A stretch of 64,000 bases of DNA from Pontiella sp. (GTDB taxonomy: Bacteria > Verrucomicrobiota > Kiritimatiellia > Kiritimatiellales > Pontiellaceae), in contig JBNKHE010000004.1 in the NCBI GenBank assembly GCA_050290185.1, forward strand, positions 210,589 to 274,588, read 5' to 3'. The notes beneath the pieces were generated by a model. The model was not told the DNA's origin and made no database searches. It was given only the letters and a program-made list of their open reading frames with translations. The first letter of the stretch is position 1. The number at the start of each line of letters is the position of its first letter. Below, piece by piece: positions 10,269 to 20,090 of the stretch. The position numbers and the translations under genes were made by a program.

Positions 10269-11420
10269 CTATACTCCTTCTTGTTCCATCAGCGGTTTGA
10301 TCATTTCATGGACGACATGGCCTTCATGCACCAGCAGCGCGCCTTTCACAATATCATCCTCGAGATCGATCCTGAATTCGCCCTCCTTCACCATATTGAG
10401 CAGGAAGGTGGAAATATTTTTCGAGAACAGCTGAGAGGCATGCACGGCCGATCGCGAGGGATAGTCGATGTAGCCGACAATCTTTATGCCATGCTTTTCG
10501 ACCACTTCGCCGGAAACCGCCCCTTCGGTGTTGCCGCCTCGTTCTGCGGCGAGATCAATGATCACCGACCCAGGCCGCATGGCCTGCAGCATGTCGTCGG
10601 TAATCAGTACGGGCGACTTCTTGCCGGGGATCGCCGCGGTCGTAATCACCACATCGACCGCCGCCACCTTGGCCTTCATCTGCTCCTGCTGTTTTTTGTA
10701 GAACTCGTCCGACTGCGCCTTGGCGTAACCGCCCTTGTCCTCAGCACTCTCTGTATCGAGGTCGAACTCGACAAACTTGGCCCCGACGCTCTCCACTTGT
10801 TCCTTCACCACCGGGCGCGTGTCGTAGGCGTCAACAACCGCACCTAGCCGCTTGGCCGTGGCGATGGCCATCAGTCCGGCCACGCCCGCACCGATTACGA
10901 ACACCTTGGCCGGCGTAATCGTACCGGCGGAAGTCATCAGCATCGGGAAATATTTCGGTAGCAGGTCGGCCGCTTCGATAACGGCGCGGTAACCCGCAAT
11001 CGCCGCCATGGAGCTCAGTACGTCCATGCTCTGTGCGCGGGTAATACGCGGCACAAACTCCAGCCCGAAACCGCTGATCTTTTTACCGGCCAGCTGTTCC
11101 ATCAGATCGAGTTTGAAAAAGGCATCCATCAGGCAGATCAAGGTGCATCCCTCCCGCATCTTCCCCACCTCGGACGCCTCCGGCGGACGAACCTTGAAAA
11201 TGATATCGGCCGACGCATAGAGCGCATCGGCATCCGGCGCGATTTTGGCCCCCGCCTCAACGTAGGCTTCGTCGGGAATATAGGCTCCGGCCCCCGCCCC
11301 GCTTTCCACCAGCACCTCCAGCCCCGCCTTGGTCAGAATAGCAATGGAATGGGGAATCAGCGCAACCCGGTTTTCACCCGGCAGGATCTCTTTCGCAACA
11401 GCAACTAGCATCGGCGGCAC
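10269..11420 (-). CDS. pntAA: NAD(P) transhydrogenase subunit alpha, part 1 (dI, NAD(H)-binding)
   Basis: 383 aa. Alanine-dehydrogenase/PNT fold with Rossmann motif VFVIGAGVAGL. The start could be Met1 or Met4. Confidence 0.9.
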   Translation of the reverse strand: MPPMLVAVAKEILPGENRVALIPHSIAILTKAGLEVLVESGAGAGAYIPDEAYVEAGAKIAPDADALYASADIIFKVRPPEASEVGKMREGCTLICLMDAFFKLDLMEQLAGKKISGFGLEFVPRITRAQSMDVLSSMAAIAGYRAVIEAADLLPKYFPMLMTSAGTITPAKVFVIGAGVAGLMAIATAKRLGAVVDAYDTRPVVKEQVESVGAKFVEFDLDTESAEDKGGYAKAQSDEFYKKQQEQMKAKVAAVDVVITTAAIPGKKSPVLITDDMLQAMRPGSVIIDLAAERGGNTEGAVSGEVVEKHGIKIVGYIDYPSRSAVHASQLFSKNISTFLLNMVKEGEFRIDLEDDIVKGALLVHEGHVVHEMIKPLMEQEGV

Positions 11421-11661
11421 CTCGCATTGGATTATATCAGTAAAGCTGATTGAAGATTACTTCATTGAAAAATATCCGTCAAGGAATTGGGATGTCGGGC
11501 GCCAATGTGCACGTTGACCCGCATGAAATGACTCCATCGCATCCGGACGAAGGACAGCGGACTGGGTTCAATGATGCATGAAAAATGACACAGGGTGAAA
11601 CGATAAGTTGTGGAAACAGGAAAAAGCACACATCACCGCATAGCGGCAGCTCTACCACTAC

Positions 11662-13095
11662 CTATGCGCCCTGCTCCGCCAGCATTTTGTTGATGGCGGC
11701 GGCGGCCTTCCGGCCTTCGCCCATGGCGAGGATGACGGTGGCGGCGCCGAGGACGATGTCGCCGCCGGCATAGATGCGGTCGAGGGAGGACTTGCCGGCT
11801 TCGTCGACGACAATGTTGCCCCATCGATTGGTTTCCAGGCCCGGCGTGGTTTGCCGGATCAGCGGATTGGAGTCGTTGCCGATGGCGACGATGACGGTAT
11901 CGAGGTCGATTTCGAATTCGCTGCCTTCAATGGCTATAGGACGGCGGCGGCCGGAGTCATCGGGTTCGCCCAGCTCGTAGCGCAGGCATTCGATCCCGCT
12001 GACCCAACCGCGTTCATCGGAGAGGATGCGCTTGGGGTTTTGCAACATATGGAAAATGACACCCTCTTCCCTGGCGTGATGGACCTCCTCGACACGCGCA
12101 GGCATTTCGACTTCGGTGCGGCGATAGATCAGGTGGACTTCCCTGGCTCCGAGACGCACGGCGGTACGCGCGGCATCCATCGCCACATTGCCGCCACCGA
12201 GCACGGCGACCTTTTCGGACTCAAAAATGGGCGTGAAGGAGCGCTCCTTGTCGTAGGCCTTCATCAAGTTGGAACGGGTCAGGTATTCGTTGGCGGAATA
12301 GACGCCGACAAGATTTTCGCCCTCAATATTCATAAAGCGCGGCAGGCCGGCTCCGGTTCCAATGAAGAGTGCATCGAAGCCGTCTTGTTCGAGCAGGTCG
12401 ATAATTTTGCGGGTACGGCCGATCACGAAGTTGGTTTCCAGCGTGCAGCCCATCGCGGTCAGGGCATCGATTTCCTGCTGCACGATCTTCTTCGGCAGAC
12501 GGAATTCGGGAATGCCGTAGACCATCACGCCACCGGGTTTGTGAAAGGCTTCGAACAGCACGACTTCGTGCCCCTCTCTTCGGATGTCGGCGGCTACGGT
12601 GAGTCCGGCGGGACCGGTGCCGATGATCCCCACTTTCTTTCCGGTCTCCGGCTTAACGTCCGGCACTTCGACCAGCCCGTTTTCGCGCTCCCAGTCGGCC
12701 ACAAAGCGTTCGAGCCGGCCGATGCTGACCGCCTTGTCGACCGACTTGAGCGCCTTGCCCACGGTACAGGGGGCCTGGCACTGGGATTCCTGCGGGCATA
12801 CGCGGCCGCAAACGGCGGGTAGCAGACTGCTTCCCTTAATAATATCCACGGCCTGCTTGTTGTCGCCCTTGGCAATGGCCTGGATAAAGCCGGGAATGTC
12901 AATGCTCACGGGACAGCCGGAAATGCACGGCGCATTTTTGCACTGCAGACAGCGTTCGGCTTCCAGAATCGCCTGTTCGTGCGAGTAGCCCAGTGCCACC
13001 TCTTCCATATTGCCGCGGCGCACCTGCGGATCCTGCTGCGGCATTTCCTGCACCGGAATCGCCAGCCGTTCCTTAGGGGTCAGTTCACGGTTCAT
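11662..13095 (-). CDS. nfnB: GltD-family NADPH-dependent oxidoreductase, large subunit of NfnAB/sulfide-dehydrogenase-type complex
   Basis: 477 aa. Two Cys clusters (CLQCKNAPC, CGRVCPQESQC) plus two dinucleotide folds (GIIGTGPAGL, VAVLGGGNVAMD). Confidence 0.8.
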   Translation of the reverse strand: MNRELTPKERLAIPVQEMPQQDPQVRRGNMEEVALGYSHEQAILEAERCLQCKNAPCISGCPVSIDIPGFIQAIAKGDNKQAVDIIKGSSLLPAVCGRVCPQESQCQAPCTVGKALKSVDKAVSIGRLERFVADWERENGLVEVPDVKPETGKKVGIIGTGPAGLTVAADIRREGHEVVLFEAFHKPGGVMVYGIPEFRLPKKIVQQEIDALTAMGCTLETNFVIGRTRKIIDLLEQDGFDALFIGTGAGLPRFMNIEGENLVGVYSANEYLTRSNLMKAYDKERSFTPIFESEKVAVLGGGNVAMDAARTAVRLGAREVHLIYRRTEVEMPARVEEVHHAREEGVIFHMLQNPKRILSDERGWVSGIECLRYELGEPDDSGRRRPIAIEGSEFEIDLDTVIVAIGNDSNPLIRQTTPGLETNRWGNIVVDEAGKSSLDRIYAGGDIVLGAATVILAMGEGRKAAAAINKMLAEQGA

Positions 13096-13922
13096 TTCAT
13101 GTTCTCCAGCCTGCAGACGTGGTCGCGCTCCTGCTTCTTGTAGGAAGCCAGACGGCTGATCATGTTATCGAAGTCGACGAGGTGTCCGTCGAATTCGGGC
13201 CCGTCGACGCACACAAATTTGGTTTCATCGCCGACCGTTACGCGGCAACCGCCGCACATGCCGGTACCGTCGACCATGATGGTGTTCAACGAGACTACGG
13301 TGTGCACACCGAACGGCCGCGTAGCCTCGGCGCAGAATTTCATCATCACGGGCGGACCGATGGCCACGGCCAGACCCGGCTTCGTTTCGCGCTGGCAGCA
13401 TTCGACGAGCGGCGCGGTGACCAGCGCCTTGCGACCGTACGATCCATCGTCGGTGCAGATGATGAGTTCGTCGGCAATGGCGTCCATCTCCTCTTCAAAA
13501 ATCAACAACTCCTTGTTGCGGGCGCCGAGAATAATGGTGACGTGGTTGCCGGCGGCCTTGAGCGCTTCGGCGATCGGAAGCAATGGTGCGGTACCGATAC
13601 CGCCGCCAACGCATACCACCGATCCCACATTCTCGATGCGGGTCGGCGTTCCAAGCGGTCCCACAAGGGCCTCGATATGATCGTCGACTTCGAGCTGGGC
13701 CAGTAACCGGGTAGTCCTGCCGACCGTCTGGAAAACGATGGTAATCGAGCCTTCTTCAACATCCGCGTTGGCGATCGTAAGCGGAATTCGCTCCCCGTAG
13801 TGAACGTCGACCTGAAGAATGATAAACTGCCCCGGCTGTCGTTCCCGGGCGATTAAGGGTGCCTCCAACCGCATGAGCACCACGGTTTCCGAAAGCTGTT
13901 CCTTATAGAGAATCCTGTTCAT
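13092..13922 (-). CDS. nfnA: PyrK-like FAD/[2Fe-2S] subunit of NfnAB-type ferredoxin:NADP oxidoreductase
   Basis: ORF track gives 13092..13949; Met10 (MNRILYKEQL) is the more likely start. C-terminal cluster GTGMCGGCRV...FVCVDGPEF. 4-nt overlap with the downstream subunit. Confidence 0.8.
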   Translation of the reverse strand: MNRILYKEQLSETVVLMRLEAPLIARERQPGQFIILQVDVHYGERIPLTIANADVEEGSITIVFQTVGRTTRLLAQLEVDDHIEALVGPLGTPTRIENVGSVVCVGGGIGTAPLLPIAEALKAAGNHVTIILGARNKELLIFEEEMDAIADELIICTDDGSYGRKALVTAPLVECCQRETKPGLAVAIGPPVMMKFCAEATRPFGVHTVVSLNTIMVDGTGMCGGCRVTVGDETKFVCVDGPEFDGHLVDFDNMISRLASYKKQERDHVCRLENMK

Positions 13923-14239
13923 ACCCACCCCAATCCTGACCGGTAGCAACTACACTTAAGCAACCTAATACGGCCGAAGGATAATATGCAATAATAGAGC
14001 CCGTTTTTATCAGCATTCAGGTCGAAGAATTATCTGTTCAGCTTGCCGGTAACGCCTAAGGCATTCAGCGCCAGTTTGGGTTCGAATACTTCAACTGCAG
14101 ACTTTCACAAGTAGAACCTCTATTGGCATTGAAGTGGAGTGTGGATTCAGGATCACCATCAGCATGAAAACACTTCACGAAGACCCCGATCAAAAAAAGA
14201 CGGGATGAAAACATTCCGCCTGGGTTTGTTGATACCTGC

Positions 14240-17185
14240 CTATTTCCCGACGGCAGCTTCCAGCGGGCCGAAATAACTTTCGGAAAGCGGATTGCTGTAC
14301 ACAATCAATTTTTGCAGGACAACACCCGGGTCCACCATCGCTATCTTCAGCGTATGCCGGCCGGGTTTCTTGATTTCATGCGAGGATCGCAACGTACGGA
14401 CATTGTCGCGCACCGCATCCGCCCAGCTGTTGTAGTCTTCCGGAATTTTCGGAAAAGCGTCAAGCACCTGCGGCGTTTGCCCATCGAAAGAAACGGCGAG
14501 CCGCAGCCCGCGTCCCGGAACAAAGTTGAGCGTCGGTCCAATGATCACATCAACGCCCACCGTACCGGTTTCGGCAATGTAGACCGGATATTCCAGGCAA
14601 GGCGCTCGATTCGGAGGAAGAATGCTTTCTGCGGTGGTCGGGAAGATTTCCATGCTGGCGGAGTAGCGGCCATAGTCTGGAATCTTCTCCCAGCGAATGC
14701 CATTCACAGGCTTGTTTTCGGTCGCCTCCGACGGAGCGATTGCAATGGGGCCCACCAAACCACCGAAACATCCTTGCGCGTTGGCGGCTTGCTCTTCGGT
14801 CGCACGATGCGCCACAACCTTTACCGCTACGGATGAGTGGCTGTTGGTAATGGTGACCTCACCGGACGCTTCCCCCACCGGAGCTTTCTCCCAATCGATA
14901 CCCACCCAGAGCCGTTGGTCGGTAACATCGGAAGACTTGTCCGCCTTCACCAGAATCCAGGGGTCACTGACCTTGAGTTTGAAGTCGGCAGGCTGGCTCC
15001 CCCGCGGAAATACGACAATATAGGAATGCTGCCGGTTTATGGAATCGAATGGAGGCAGCGAAGCTTTCCCGCTACCGCCGGGCCAGGCTTCGGACGAACC
15101 GTCGATGGCAACGCCGAAGTCCGTAGTGTTGCCGATCTCCAGTTCCATCACTTCGGGCATAATGTTTTCCTGGGGATCTTTCCAGCTGGTGTAGCCGATG
15201 CGGGTCTGGCTCATCATGTGGTTCCACTTCCCATCGGCCAGTTCCGTATTGTAGTAGTCGCTCAGTTGCTGATCCTGCTGGAACAATGTTCGTACCTTTT
15301 CGGCCTCGGCATTCGCGCTGGCCCGCCCCTGCCGGGCGTAGAGATGGTTGCGGCCGGCGGCAATATACATATCGACCACGGTCGCCACGGCCTTGACCGG
15401 ATAGAGCACCAGTTCGAAGTAGGCATCCTGCTGATCCGCGGGCAAAGCTTCGTTGACCTTTTCAGCCCGAACAACCAAGTCGTTCCAAGCGGTCGACACC
15501 CGTTCAGCCTCGCGATGGTTGACCAGACTGAAGGTATCGGGCTCCAGCAGCTCCGGCTTGCGCCAACCAGCTTGCTTTCCGTATTTTGAAACAATGTCTG
15601 CGATCTCCTCCGCCTGCTCCGGCCCAAATTCACGCGCCGCCCAACGATGGGTAAAATCGCCGATCTTCTCTTTCGGCATCGCTTCCGGATTCCAGGCCAT
15701 GCGCAGAAAGAATTCGATGGGTAGCTCCATGGGCTTAAGGTCGCCTACGTTGACAATCCAGATGCGGTTGGCGTCGTATTCGTAGGCCAGATTCATCTGT
15801 TCCCAGATCTTGGGGAGAGGATTCGTGTTGAGCCACTTGTAGCTCCGCGGACCGCCGACATAGTCAAAGTGATAGTACACCCCCGCCCCGCCGCTCCGCT
15901 TGCGCTCCGCCGGCGTTGGCAAGCGGCGGATGTTTCCCCAGTTATCGTCGCACCACAACAGCGTCACGTCGTCCGGAACGCGCATACCATGCTCATAGTA
16001 GTCCATGACTTCCTTGTAGAGCGCCCACAGTTGGGGCACCTTGGTGACGTCCGGATTCATGTATTCCTTCAAAATCCCGCGTTGATCGGTCACGATTCTT
16101 TCCAGCAGCTTGACGTTGTCGTCCATGTTGCCGTCCTTGATCATTGCTTCGTCGCCGTCGCCGCGCATGCCGATGGTCACGATGCTTTCGTAGCCCTTGT
16201 TGCGCTTGATGCCGTCTACCCAGAACTCCGTGAGGCCCTTCTCGTTAGTGTAATAGTTCCACTCGCCGTTCCCCATCTCGCTCCGATGGTTGTGCCACTC
16301 CTGCTGGGCGCGGATCATTGGTTCGTGGTGCGAGGTGCCCATGACGATACCGTATTCATCGGCCAGCACGGGATTCATCGGATCGTCCTCATTGAAGGCC
16401 TTACCCCACATGGCCGGCCAGAGATAGTTGCCGCGCATGCGCAACAGGAGCTCGAACATGTGCGTGTACATCTTCGAATTGATCCCGCCGAACTTTTCTC
16501 GTGCCCAAGGTCCAAAGGCCGGCTCTTCGTCGTTGATGAAGATACCGCGATATTTCACCTTTGGCTCACCGGAGGCGTAGCGGCCGGGAAGGACGTAGGC
16601 TTCGTTGCGCTTCTTTGGCGGCACGTCTGCCCACCAGTACCACGGCGAAACGCCCAGCTGTTCGGACAGTTCATAGATACCATAGATCGTACCGCGCTTG
16701 TCGCTACCCGCAATCACCAGCGCCTGTTCCACGCCTGGTGTCGGATTGTTGATGGTTGATATGACAAAGCTTTCCCACTTTCCTATCAGGTCGGAGGCAT
16801 CAAGCTTGCCGGTAGAGACCAGCGCATCAATCAGGAAACTATGGCCCAATGTTCCGATAATGATGGGTTTCGCGCAGGCGGTCTTGTTCGTGGCGATGGC
16901 CGGCTTTCGTTCCGTCACGCGTTCAATGTCCGCTTGAAGATCCCCAATCGCGCGGATCACACCCGTATAGTCTCCGGCATCGTGCCACAACTCGGTGGTC
17001 TTACCGTTGGCCACCACCGGAAATGCAATCGCCGGCTTCGCCGACTCCACAACGATGTTTTCCGGCAGACCCAGTCCGGCCCGGGCCGGCTCTGTTCCCG
17101 ACACCATTACAGCCATCGCCGTCACCAGAACACCGAAATACCGTTGCACACTCAATTTAAGGGCTGTTTTAAGGTTCATCTCCAT
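14240..17185 (-). CDS. glycoside hydrolase family 115 (xylan alpha-glucuronidase)
   Basis: 981 aa with signal peptide. GH115-like core GIFINDEEPAFGPW...YTHMFELLLRMRGNYLWPAMW. Xylan gene neighbourhood. Confidence 0.75.
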   Translation of the reverse strand: MEMNLKTALKLSVQRYFGVLVTAMAVMVSGTEPARAGLGLPENIVVESAKPAIAFPVVANGKTTELWHDAGDYTGVIRAIGDLQADIERVTERKPAIATNKTACAKPIIIGTLGHSFLIDALVSTGKLDASDLIGKWESFVISTINNPTPGVEQALVIAGSDKRGTIYGIYELSEQLGVSPWYWWADVPPKKRNEAYVLPGRYASGEPKVKYRGIFINDEEPAFGPWAREKFGGINSKMYTHMFELLLRMRGNYLWPAMWGKAFNEDDPMNPVLADEYGIVMGTSHHEPMIRAQQEWHNHRSEMGNGEWNYYTNEKGLTEFWVDGIKRNKGYESIVTIGMRGDGDEAMIKDGNMDDNVKLLERIVTDQRGILKEYMNPDVTKVPQLWALYKEVMDYYEHGMRVPDDVTLLWCDDNWGNIRRLPTPAERKRSGGAGVYYHFDYVGGPRSYKWLNTNPLPKIWEQMNLAYEYDANRIWIVNVGDLKPMELPIEFFLRMAWNPEAMPKEKIGDFTHRWAAREFGPEQAEEIADIVSKYGKQAGWRKPELLEPDTFSLVNHREAERVSTAWNDLVVRAEKVNEALPADQQDAYFELVLYPVKAVATVVDMYIAAGRNHLYARQGRASANAEAEKVRTLFQQDQQLSDYYNTELADGKWNHMMSQTRIGYTSWKDPQENIMPEVMELEIGNTTDFGVAIDGSSEAWPGGSGKASLPPFDSINRQHSYIVVFPRGSQPADFKLKVSDPWILVKADKSSDVTDQRLWVGIDWEKAPVGEASGEVTITNSHSSVAVKVVAHRATEEQAANAQGCFGGLVGPIAIAPSEATENKPVNGIRWEKIPDYGRYSASMEIFPTTAESILPPNRAPCLEYPVYIAETGTVGVDVIIGPTLNFVPGRGLRLAVSFDGQTPQVLDAFPKIPEDYNSWADAVRDNVRTLRSSHEIKKPGRHTLKIAMVDPGVVLQKLIVYSNPLSESYFGPLEAAVGK

Positions 17186-17724
17186 CCTTCTTTATAGCTC
17201 GTTGAAAAAAGCGGGCCGTCTCGGGTCTCCCATACTCAACAGCGCTAATCCCAGTCGGATAGCCTATCATACAGCACGCGTCAGCATCATCAATCCCATC
17301 GAATGAAATCAAAATACCCGTTTATGAAACCTGTCTGGATACGTCGGAGTGCCTGCGATCTCAGCGCCTCGGTCGACAACCCGCAGATAGGACATGAAAC
17401 TAACTGGGTAGCATCCCTACGATCCCCATTCCGCGCTGATGCCATTTCATATTTTCAAACCGACCTTGGAGTTCATTTTTACAACGGATGAACTTGCATT
17501 CAGGACAACGCGGCCTAATGTAGCCCGCAAATGAGAAACGTAATGCACAACCTGAAGCAGGAATGCGCGATTGGAAATCCAGTCGTGATTACCTTTGCTT
17601 GGCTGCGCAGCAAAGCAGCTTAAGTGCTCGGCGTTTCTCGGTACCCCCTTTTTGTCTCCTCTTTATTTCGTGGTTTGACGGCTTAGTAGGTTCAGCAGAA
17701 ACGCTGGCCTGCGGAGAACCGACC

Positions 17725-18690
17725 ATGAAATATTCCATCATCAACAACCTGACGCCCGTCAAAGGACAGCCTTTGAAGGAGCAGGCTTCTACGCGTTCAA
17801 AAGGCATACTGCTGATGCTCGGAGCCGTTGCGGCTTTTACCGGAAGTGTTCTGACACTCCGGTCCGCCGGGATCATGGGCAGCATCTGGATGGCTACGTG
17901 CATGCGCTACGGCATCGGGCTGGCCATGGTGACGTTCATCTACTTGCCCTCGGGCCATTTCAAACCGTTGCAGCTGATCCGCAACCCCGACTTAATCATG
18001 CGGGGTGTACTCGGTTGCATGGGGGTGTATCTCTTTTATTCCACCATTCCAAAACTCGGCGCAGGGGTATCCACCTTCATCAGCACAACCTATATTGTGC
18101 TGGCCCCGCTCATCGCCTGCATCTATCTGAAAGAACAGCTGTCCCTGAAACAGGCTGGACTCATGATGCTGGCCATGACCGGCATGTTTATCATGACCGG
18201 GCTGACCGGTGCCTCCGCGCCGCCCGTGTTCTATGTTGTCATCGGGCTGATCGGGGCCGTGCTGGCGGCCATAGTCGTGGTCTATATCCGGAAACTGACG
18301 CGGACCGAACATAGTTCAACCATCTATGCCGCGCAGTGCTTCTTCGGATTATTGATCGGCTGTGGACCGGCGCTGCTTCAGCAGAATGGAGATCACAGTG
18401 GATCGATCAACGTTTCAGCGATGCTGCTCAGTGGAGTAATGGCTTCAATCGGTCAACTTCTGATGACGTTCGGGTATAAATACCTGCCCGTAACCGAAGG
18501 AGGGCTGATTGCACTCTGCGCACCGGTCTCCATCATGGCCGGCGGAATCATCTTTTTCGGTGAACCCTGCTCCGGCTCGCAGGTGGCCGGTGCCGGGCTG
18601 ATTCTTTCGGCCAGCATGCTGATGACCCGTTCAAAGCCGGGCTCGCCCGGCGGGCAACCATCCGGATTTATTCAGGAGTCATCCGGGTAG
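17725..18690 (+). CDS. DMT-superfamily (EamA-like) transporter
   Basis: Track ORF starts at 17563; the internal Met at 17725 (MKYSIINN) precedes about 10 hydrophobic helices arranged as two EamA-like halves. Confidence 0.65.
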   Translation: MKYSIINNLTPVKGQPLKEQASTRSKGILLMLGAVAAFTGSVLTLRSAGIMGSIWMATCMRYGIGLAMVTFIYLPSGHFKPLQLIRNPDLIMRGVLGCMGVYLFYSTIPKLGAGVSTFISTTYIVLAPLIACIYLKEQLSLKQAGLMMLAMTGMFIMTGLTGASAPPVFYVVIGLIGAVLAAIVVVYIRKLTRTEHSSTIYAAQCFFGLLIGCGPALLQQNGDHSGSINVSAMLLSGVMASIGQLLMTFGYKYLPVTEGGLIALCAPVSIMAGGIIFFGEPCSGSQVAGAGLILSASMLMTRSKPGSPGGQPSGFIQESSG

Positions 18691-18904
18691 CATTCCCTGT
18701 CCCCAGCCGCCTAAGGCGGCATGGGGACACATCCCGTGTCCGCCGAACCAGATGCTTTCGCCAACGTGGAGGACATGCTCGGGGGCATATGATCGCGCAT
18801 GCGTTCGATCAGCATATCGCGTGAAACCGGAAAGAAGGAAGGGGGCGCGTAATGGGTTTGATCCTATATACGAATGCCGGTTAGTTTGATCTGTGGTATC
18901 ACGT

Positions 18905-20074
18905 CTATTTCACCAAGGCCTCGTAGGCCGGCTTAGGTTGATAGTTGCGATCGAAGAGCAACGGGTAATCCGTGCGCCCCCGGACCGGGAAGCCGTTTTT
19001 CCACGAATCACCGTCGCAGATCCCCCAAAAGGTCACGCGCTCCACATCGCTCTTATGGGATTCGAAAATGTCGAAGATGGCCCGATAGCGTTGTGCCTGC
19101 TTTTCCGCCACGTCATCCGGAAGACCGTCACGATAGGGATTGAGTTCGTCCTGCAGTTCAAAGCGCTGGTTGATGTCCGCCCCCGTGTAACCGAAGGCCA
19201 ATGGGAGAACACTCAAATCGAGTTCGGTGATATCCACCTTGACCTTGGCTGATGCCAGTTTTTCGATGGATTCCTCGATACTCTCCAGACTGGGATCCTC
19301 GACATGCCAATGCCCTTGCATGCCCACGGAATCGATGCGAACCCCCTTTTTCTTCAAGGGGCGAACAATGTTCTTGATCACAAAATCCCGCTTGATCGGG
19401 TCGGTCATGCTGTAGTCGTTGTATATGAGAATGGCACTGGGGTCGGCTTCGTGTGCAAACCGGAAGGCCATTTCGATGTAGTCCTCGCCAATAATTTTCA
19501 ACCACGGGGAGTCGCGAAAAAAGGCTTCGTGAACATAGTTCGTCGAGCCGTCCGGTTTCAACGGGTTATCCTCATCGACCACCTGCCTGACATCCACGGC
19601 TTCGTTGACGACATCCCAGTATTTTACGTCTCCCTTGTACCGCCTGACCACGGTTTTGATATGTTTGTGCAAGGTTTTGATGAGTTCGTCGCGGGAAACG
19701 GGTTTCCCGTTTTCATCTTCGAAAAACCATTTGGGGGTCTGCGAGTGCCAGACGAGAACGTGGCCAACCACGTCCAGATCCAGCTTCATGGCCAGCTTCA
19801 CAAACTGATCCGAGCGCTCGAAGTTAAACTTTCCCGGAGCGGGCCGCAGGGAAGCCGGCTTCATGAGATTCTCGGAGGTGACGCAGTTGAATTCGCGTTT
19901 CAGGAGTCTCAACGCATTTTCATTCTGTTCATAGGGCTGGAACAGGTAGCGTTCCCCGAGCGCGGCACCGATCTGGAAATCGTCTCTATAAACCTTCTTG
20001 AGCGGCTTGCTGTCGGCCACACATGCTGCGGTGACCAACAGCATCGTCAATCCTCCAACTAAAACAGCTCTCAT
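18905..20074 (-). CDS. endo-1,4-beta-xylanase, GH10, lipoprotein/secreted
   Basis: Start moved to Met26 (MRAVLVGGLTMLLVTAAC), which has a GGGAGGAA RBS and avoids overlap with the upstream symporter. Catalytic motifs WDVVNEA and VDITELD. Confidence 0.88.
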   Translation of the reverse strand: MRAVLVGGLTMLLVTAACVADSKPLKKVYRDDFQIGAALGERYLFQPYEQNENALRLLKREFNCVTSENLMKPASLRPAPGKFNFERSDQFVKLAMKLDLDVVGHVLVWHSQTPKWFFEDENGKPVSRDELIKTLHKHIKTVVRRYKGDVKYWDVVNEAVDVRQVVDEDNPLKPDGSTNYVHEAFFRDSPWLKIIGEDYIEMAFRFAHEADPSAILIYNDYSMTDPIKRDFVIKNIVRPLKKKGVRIDSVGMQGHWHVEDPSLESIEESIEKLASAKVKVDITELDLSVLPLAFGYTGADINQRFELQDELNPYRDGLPDDVAEKQAQRYRAIFDIFESHKSDVERVTFWGICDGDSWKNGFPVRGRTDYPLLFDRNYQPKPAYEALVK

Positions 20075-20090
20075 CGAGATTCCTCCCTTA

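Noticed and set aside
11851-12822. Long antisense ORFs in the GC-rich flanks. Examples: 387-1070(-), 6890-7750(+), 11851-12822(+), 15869-16759(+), 27560-28285(-), 28898-29653(-), 53157-54050(+), 57181-58110(-).
   Set aside because: Each lies opposite a confidently identified gene with strong family motifs. Their products are Arg/Gly/His/Pro-rich low-complexity strings typical of shadow frames in high-GC DNA. None has an RBS or a recognisable domain.
18698-18729. Strong nested hairpin TGTCCCCA-GCCGCC-TAAG-GCGGC-A-TGGGGACA after the DMT transporter gene, as a possible terminator.
   Set aside because: No U-tract follows on either strand, so I did not list it as a terminator. It may still be a Rho-independent-like or protein-binding structure between the convergent genes.
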